NCBI GenBank assembly: GCA_001938525.1 | Contig: MQRL01596018.1 | Location: forward strand, 1-33,603 | Origin: Dugesia japonica | Lineage: Eukaryota | Length of the DNA stretch: 33,603 nt | Direction of reading: 5' to 3' | Shown here: one piece after another, positions 23,381-33,603 of the stretch | Position numbering within the stretch: position 1 is the first letter of the stretch | Layout of the letters: every line of letters begins with the position of its first letter | The notes under the pieces: model-generated | Seen by the model: only the letters and a program-made list of their open reading frames with translations | Database searches by the model: none | What the model was told of the DNA's origin: nothing | Position numbers and translations under genes: made by a program

Positions 23381-24154
23381 TCTGCATTTATCATGAAGGT
23401 TGACATATATGTTGTAATCCCTAACATATTTTATCTCTGTACATCAGAATTTGGTTCTGTCTCATTGTTCATAGCATTTCTCTCTTGTAACTGCTGGCTT
23501 TGATTTATAAAATCACATCTCACCTTCTCTGGTTTTGGATTTGGTAAGTTTCTTATTCTATTTTGTTCTTGTTCCCAATTTTGAAATTCTTTTGCCAAAT
23601 CCTCTTGAGTATAATTTATTGGCAATTGTTGACCAGTTTGTCTTTCAAATAGAATTCTTACTAAAATTCTTGATGCTGGTTTAGTTTCTACATATTCTAG
23701 AATTTTCGCCATATCATAATTATCTATGTACTCTCTTAGTTCATCCAGCTAACATGTTGGATATCTTGGTGGCGGTAATGTTGAACTCAAAGTTGGTGCA
23801 GTTNCAAATAATAAAGAATTTTACATGGTACTAATTGGAGAATTGTTAGGTCCACGACCTTCCCATTTCTTTTGAATTCTACGTTGTCTATTATATTTGA
23901 TATTCTTCTTTGTAATTCTATCCTTTCTGGCTTTACTCCGTTTCTTAGGAAGCCCATCTTTATCAATTCGACTATCCTAATTTGGATCCAAATTATAACT
24001 GATATCGCTGTTTTGACTTTTATAGTCATCATAATTATCACTGCCTTCGTTGATTTCATCTGATTGCAACCTTACNNNNNNNNNNNNNNNNNNNNNNNNN
24101 NNNNNNNNNNNNNNNNNNNNNNNNNNNNNNNNNNNNNNNNNNNNNNNNNNNNNN

Positions 24155-25866
24155 AAATTTGCTAAGAATGGGAACAAATCGATAATTAATTGCCAAGTAC
24201 ATCCACCTATCTTGAATATACTATAAGCGAATAATAACTGTGTAAAAATTAGCATCAATTCCTGCTAATTCAGAAACAAAGACTTCAAATGCGCTAGATT
24301 TTTACCAGATTTTTTGTGCTACATTCTTAGCAGCTTCTTTATAATGTTCTGGTACGAATATTAAATTGTAATTGGGTTGTATTTCATTTGATAATACACT
24401 GTTCGGCTTATATTTGAGATACCCCGTTCTCTTATATGTGGTAACCAAATCATTTTTCTAGCTTGCTCTATATATTCAGGAGTGGATACTTCAGTTTTTG
24501 CATAGTCATTAAGAGATTTAATTCCATTTTTGTCAGTTAATTTAGCAATATCTAGTGTTTGCACTGGTTTAGATGATGGTTTACGATTAGGTAACGAAAT
24601 TCAATGCTCATTCACCTTATATAAATGTGATATAGTAGGATTGCATACTGCTTCCTGAGGTTTAAACTTTTCTTTTAGTAACAAATGAGTTACTGGACTC
24701 ATAAATATCAATTTATTCTCATAGATTACTGATAGTTCTCCTGTGCATTGATTGAAATTAGAGAGTGGCACTTCTACAGGAGCACATTGATAACTACAAA
24801 TGGCTTAGCCCATAATTCGTCCGAAAACACCTTTTTCCAACAACATTGGAGTGACTAAATCGGAATTAACTACCGACATTGCTAATCGATTCTTAATTAT
24901 TTCTCGATTAAGCTTACAATCCTTCAGAATAACTTCCTCATACATATCTTGTAATTGTGACTGTAGATTAAGATACATGTAATCCACTTTGTTGTAAATA
25001 TAATTTGCTAGTTTTATATCTTGAGCACTTAATTGCTTGGCGGTTAGAATGCTCTTTTTTTTGCTAAATTTAGGTATTTTTAGTTGATCTCATACTCTCT
25101 ACGAGCACACTTTAATTTCGGCTCCTTTCTAACAAATATTATTGCATCGTTAGGATCGGTGGATACTTATACCACAGGAGTATCTTCCTGCTCGATTTCA
25201 CCAGTCTTTAACTGCTTCAATTTTTGTTTTAAACCAGCTGTTTAGTCATTGACTGTATTTTTTGATTATAGAAAAATGTAGGTTTAGTTACCTCAGTTTC
25301 AATCTATTCTCATTTACATTAGCAAATGATAATCCTTTTAACAACGATAACTCGCTGAAATCTTGTCTTTCCTCAAAATTAAGAGTTGCAAATCCGGTTT
25401 TACAACTGGAGAACTTTGAATTACGTTGAGGATTTCCCATCATCCTTCCTAATTCAACCGCAAATACACCTTTATACTTGAGTAATTCCACTGAATAATC
25501 CTCAATATCTACTACCCAATTTACAGTAACACCTTGTCATGTTTTGGTTTTTCGGACACAATCTCGATCAGGGTATAAGTTTTCCAGTACGACTATGTAC
25601 GTCACAATAGTATTCGAACACTGCTTTTTGCACTCGGCATTCTCTCACTTTAGTTTTGTAATATTCTGTTACTTGGTAAATATAGTACTTTACCGGTTCC
25701 TCTTTTTGCAGTTTAGTAGGGTACGCTTCACTACTTTCTATTGCATCAAATAGTGAGTATATAATCCTGCAGGACTAGAGTTGTTGCCATCATAAACAAT
25801 TTACCAGTTTTTTGCCTCAATATTCCCATCATCATTAGCATCATTAATATTGTAAGAATGATTCAT
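24155..25866 (-). pseudogene. env: Chuvirus-glycoprotein / herpes gB-like class III fusion envelope protein
   Basis: Signal peptide IILTILMMLMMMG; YD.....YSL; VRECRVQKAVFEYYCDVHS; YLNLQSQLQDMYEEVILKDCKLNREIIKNRL; G.AICSYQCAPVEV..CTGELSV..FMSPVTHLL..CNP; C-terminal hydrophobic LIFTQLLFAYSIFKIGGCTWQLIIDLFPFL. The Cys and motif order matches chuviral-type G proteins. Confidence 0.82.
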
Positions 25867-26079
25867 AGATTTTAAATATCGGGGAGATTTTTTAATTTTT
25901 ATATATATTATATTAAAAATTTTTTTTGAAACACAAATATTTTTTCTAAAAAAAGTAAATTATAAAAAATTTTTAAATATAAATTATATAAATAATTTCT
26001 ATATATTATATTAGGCAAAATAATAAAAGTATAGAGATTATTTGATGAAATTATGTGACCTCTGATAGTTACTNTGGAA

Positions 26080-27520
26080 AAGCCCTTGTCTAGCAAGAAA
26101 TGATTCAGCTGTTTTGATGATTATTTTCTATTTATTTTTCATCAGCTAGACAAGGAGAGATGACTGGACCTACATTAATTAAAATAATAATTAATATTAA
26201 ACGCTATTTAGCGTTATTTATTATAAATAAAACGGGTCGCAGAGACCCTTCTAATATATTATTATATTATCGTAGATTATTTTTATTATTTATCTTCCCA
26301 TTTACCCTTCATACATCTACTTTTTATTTCTGTATATTAAATTTAGAGTCTCTTACGCCCGATTTGCGATTTTCGACATTTCTCAAAAATTATACATAAA
26401 AATTATACTCAAAAATTATACAATTAAAGATATATGCAAAAAAGTCAAACAAATATTTAAAAAACTAAATTTAATAAGTAAAATTTATTTCCAGTTGCAA
26501 AGGTCAAAAGGATATTTTTCTATTTTCATAGAGAGTTCAATATTTCGGCCTTCTTCAGCAACTATGGCTCAATTCATTCAGAAATATTAGAACATGAACG
26601 CTCCATGTGTCCGAATTTTCCACATTCGGACACTTAATTTTTCCATTTGAATTAACTTCATCCCTAGCAACTCCTAACTTTTATTTCATGTATTAATTTT
26701 TTCATATGTCCAATATCGAACTTCGAAGTCATAAATATTTCACCAAAATTCAGGATTAACTAAACCATTTTTCTGTTATCAATTCTTTTAAACACCTACA
26801 ACGAGTTATTTTTTATATCTTCATCAGAATCTGTAATCTTTTGACTATCATTTTCGATGTTATTTATTTAAGCATTGTTTCAAGAAATACTTCACTGTTT
26901 ATAAAAATAACATCTTGTCAAATATTTCGGTTTTAGCCTCGTCGTCTGTGATCTATTTTCGGGCATCAGTGGTTGGGTGTTCCTCTCATACACTCTTTTT
27001 ACTGGCAAATTATTTATACATACTTTCTGTCTATGCTCTTCCACTTTATTTATGTATGGTTTCATTATATTTGAATAAATCATCTTTTTTGTATCACAAA
27101 ACGTTTCTTTCATTGTATTTTTCACTTTCTTTGAGAGTACATCATTAATTATTTTATCTTTACTTAATCCTGAATTGATAAGAATTCTTCGGATTTTGCA
27201 AATCTTTGTTCAGTCTTTTGTTTCCCATTGCTAATTCTAAAATCTACTCTTAAAACGATATTTTACCTTGTGTCTGTGAACCCTCTTTTGGGTTCTATTA
27301 CACTTTTTACTTCCTAAGTTCTTAATAGATTTATCAACTTCAAATTATATTAGGGCCTGTTGTCAATTTTACAATATTTATTATACTAAAGATCCAGATT
27401 TAACAAATCTCAATTTAAACTACTACATATCCATTGTATTTCGATTTATTAAATTCTGAGATAAAGTTAACAGATTTTACAAATCTGTTGTTTGACTATT
27501 AAGCCAAGTTAAAATAACAT
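26080..27520 (-). mobile_element. Decayed Penelope-like element (RT C-terminus, possible GIY-YIG tail, pLTR with hammerhead-like motif)
   Basis: LNSQ..SVNFISE, MDM..KSGSL, KSVI, KIRRILINSGL..II and KPYINKVEE resemble PLE thumb/linker motifs; CTGATGA...AAACAGCTG at 26146->26106. Confidence 0.45.
26592..26632 (-). other. Gag-type CCHC zinc knuckle remnant (C-x-E-C-G-K-F-G-H-M-E-R-S-C, with a 1-nt frameshift)
   Basis: Minus strand tgt ccgaa tgt gga aaa ttc gga cac atg gag cgt tca tgt. Confidence 0.7.
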
Positions 27521-27946
27521 TACTACATTTATTTCACTCATTATATTATATTAAAAATTGCATTTTATTTTCATTGTTTTATTAAATCGAAGAATAAATT
27601 TTCCACTTTAACTGAACATTTTTTATAAATAAGAGATTGTTTTTTTATATGAAATCTGAAGGAAAATTCAGAAGAGAATTGTTTCTTACATATTGTATAA
27701 TTAGCCTTAGAAAGTCAGTCTATAAAAAAAATTAAGAACCAACTGATCCACACCTTTATAACTAGAGCACCAGCATACAATTCTCCATCACAATTGCACC
27801 AACCGGAAACCATCTTCATTACTGTATGTAATGAAACATTTTCTTAGACAGAATAAAACAATTTTAATGGACAAATTTAAATATTATATAACTAGAAATT
27901 TCCGAAAATACAAAATCTATAATACATATATTTTACACAACAAATA

Positions 27947-32485
<4,539 letters not shown>

Positions 32486-32706
32486 TAATGTTTAGGAATA
32501 AATTTTATAAACAAAACGTTATACTTAAACAAATTTTTTTNAAAGCGATTTATCGAAATCCATTATTTTTAAGTTTTAGAATAAAGCATTGAGTAAGTTT
32601 CACACAAAAATGTCCTTTAAACATATTCTATGAAAAAATTATAAAAAATTTCAAAACATTAATTGCATTAATTAAAGGTTTTTCAAATATTTCATTAATA
32701 TACTTA

Positions 32707-33170
32707 CTCTTTCTCCCCGAAAATATGGTATACATTTTAAGGAATATCAAAGATTATCTAGAATTACGGAAGAAATTAACTATAATCATTAAATTAGTAT
32801 AATTCACATTGATAGCTAAAGGACAGTCATTTCTTCTTAGTTAAGTCAGATTTTGAATATCAGTAGTTTGTTTTATAATGAAAAAAATATTAACCATTGT
32901 ATTTACAAAATGGAAGACTTTAATCAAAATAATGTTGATTTTCAAAAAAGTGGTGTTCATTCAATTTAACTAATAGTGTCTTGGAACAGTTACTACAAAT
33001 GAAAAAACCATAAATTAGAACGAGGTACCATTCATAAAGTTGCAACTAAATTCCGTATAAGTCGTTTGTACAGAAGTAGAATATCGAAAACTGTACAATA
33101 CAGAAAGGTAAAATTTATGAGGATGTTCTTTCAAAGAATAAAATGCGGAAGAAAATTAAAGAATTATTTT
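32707..33170 (+). mobile_element. 5' remnant of a Tc1/mariner (DD39D/Stowaway-like) transposon
   Basis: TA|ctctttctccccgaaaata resembles a decayed CTCCCTCCGTCCC-type TIR; HTH-like KLERGTIHKVATKFRISR..SRI and CGRK at 33009-33155. Confidence 0.5.
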
Positions 33171-33314
33171 AAAACTTTTGTCATATTGTTGGGATTGAGC
33201 CCACCACAAATTGAACTTTTATCGAACTGATTTTGATTGTTATCTTGATGTAAATAACTCAATGATATTTTGTGATTAATTTTTAGTTGAAACATTTAAT
33301 TTTAAATCTGATTA

Positions 33315-33512
33315 TTTGATTAGTGTACCGGTTGAAACGAAACCGAAGAAATTGTTTGATTAGTGTACCGGTTGAAACGAAACCGAAGAAATTGTTNNNN
33401 NNNNNNNNCCGGTTGAAACGAAACCGAAGAAATTGTTTGATTAGTGTACCGGTTGAAACGAAACCGAAGAAATTGTTTGATTAGTGTACTGGTTGAAACG
33501 AAACCGAAGAAA
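33315..33512. repeat. 40-bp tandem repeat, ~5 near-identical copies
   Basis: tagtgtaccggttgaaacgaaaccgaagaaattgtttgat starting at 33321, 33361, ~33402, 33442 and 33482. Confidence 0.97.
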
Positions 33513-33603
33513 ATAATTATTAGTATCCCAGTTGAAAGCAACTGAAGGAATAATCATTAAAGAGAATACAGTATATAATTTGAGAAATAGAGAGATAAAA
33601 AAA

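Larger units (their letters stand above)
18947..25866 (-). mobile_element. Ty3/Gypsy retroelement, copy B: env - linker - PR - RT - RH - IN - membrane protein - accessory ORF start; no LTRs seen
   Basis: Colinear with copy A from the PR-RT spacer through the accessory ORF; the extra 5' part encodes the protease and a glycoprotein. Confidence 0.88.

Noticed and set aside
33315-33512. CRISPR array
   Set aside because: Head-to-tail repeats without unique spacers, no cas genes, eukaryotic context.

Overview
AT-rich eukaryotic (probably invertebrate) DNA with short introns, mostly 46-72 nt, and a heavy load of transposable elements. There are two host genes: RPS21 (8688-8954, +, with a 5'-UTR intron) and a multi-exon PRP4 kinase (PRPF4B; 32485->27947, -). 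The main finding is two decayed, diverged copies of one unusual Ty3/Gypsy retrovirus-like family: copy A (+, ~467-7363) and copy B (-, ~25866->18947). Together they suggest this layout: chuvirus/gB-like fusion glycoprotein UPSTREAM of, and in frame with, the protease; then RT-RNaseH-IN; then a second type-I membrane protein (signal peptide, FN3-like ectodomain, TM) fused behind integrase; then a conserved hairpin and splice acceptor; then a ~620-codon accessory ORF with a REX4/ISG20-like DEDDh exonuclease fold lacking catalytic residues; then PPT and LTR. The window also holds a NeSL-type REL non-LTR retrotransposon with a Ulp1-like protease joined to copy B, two inverted LTR-like sequences, a MITE, Penelope-like, mariner (DD39D-like) and possible hAT remnants, and several tandem repeats. 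All family assignments come from motif recognition by eye; no database searches were run.
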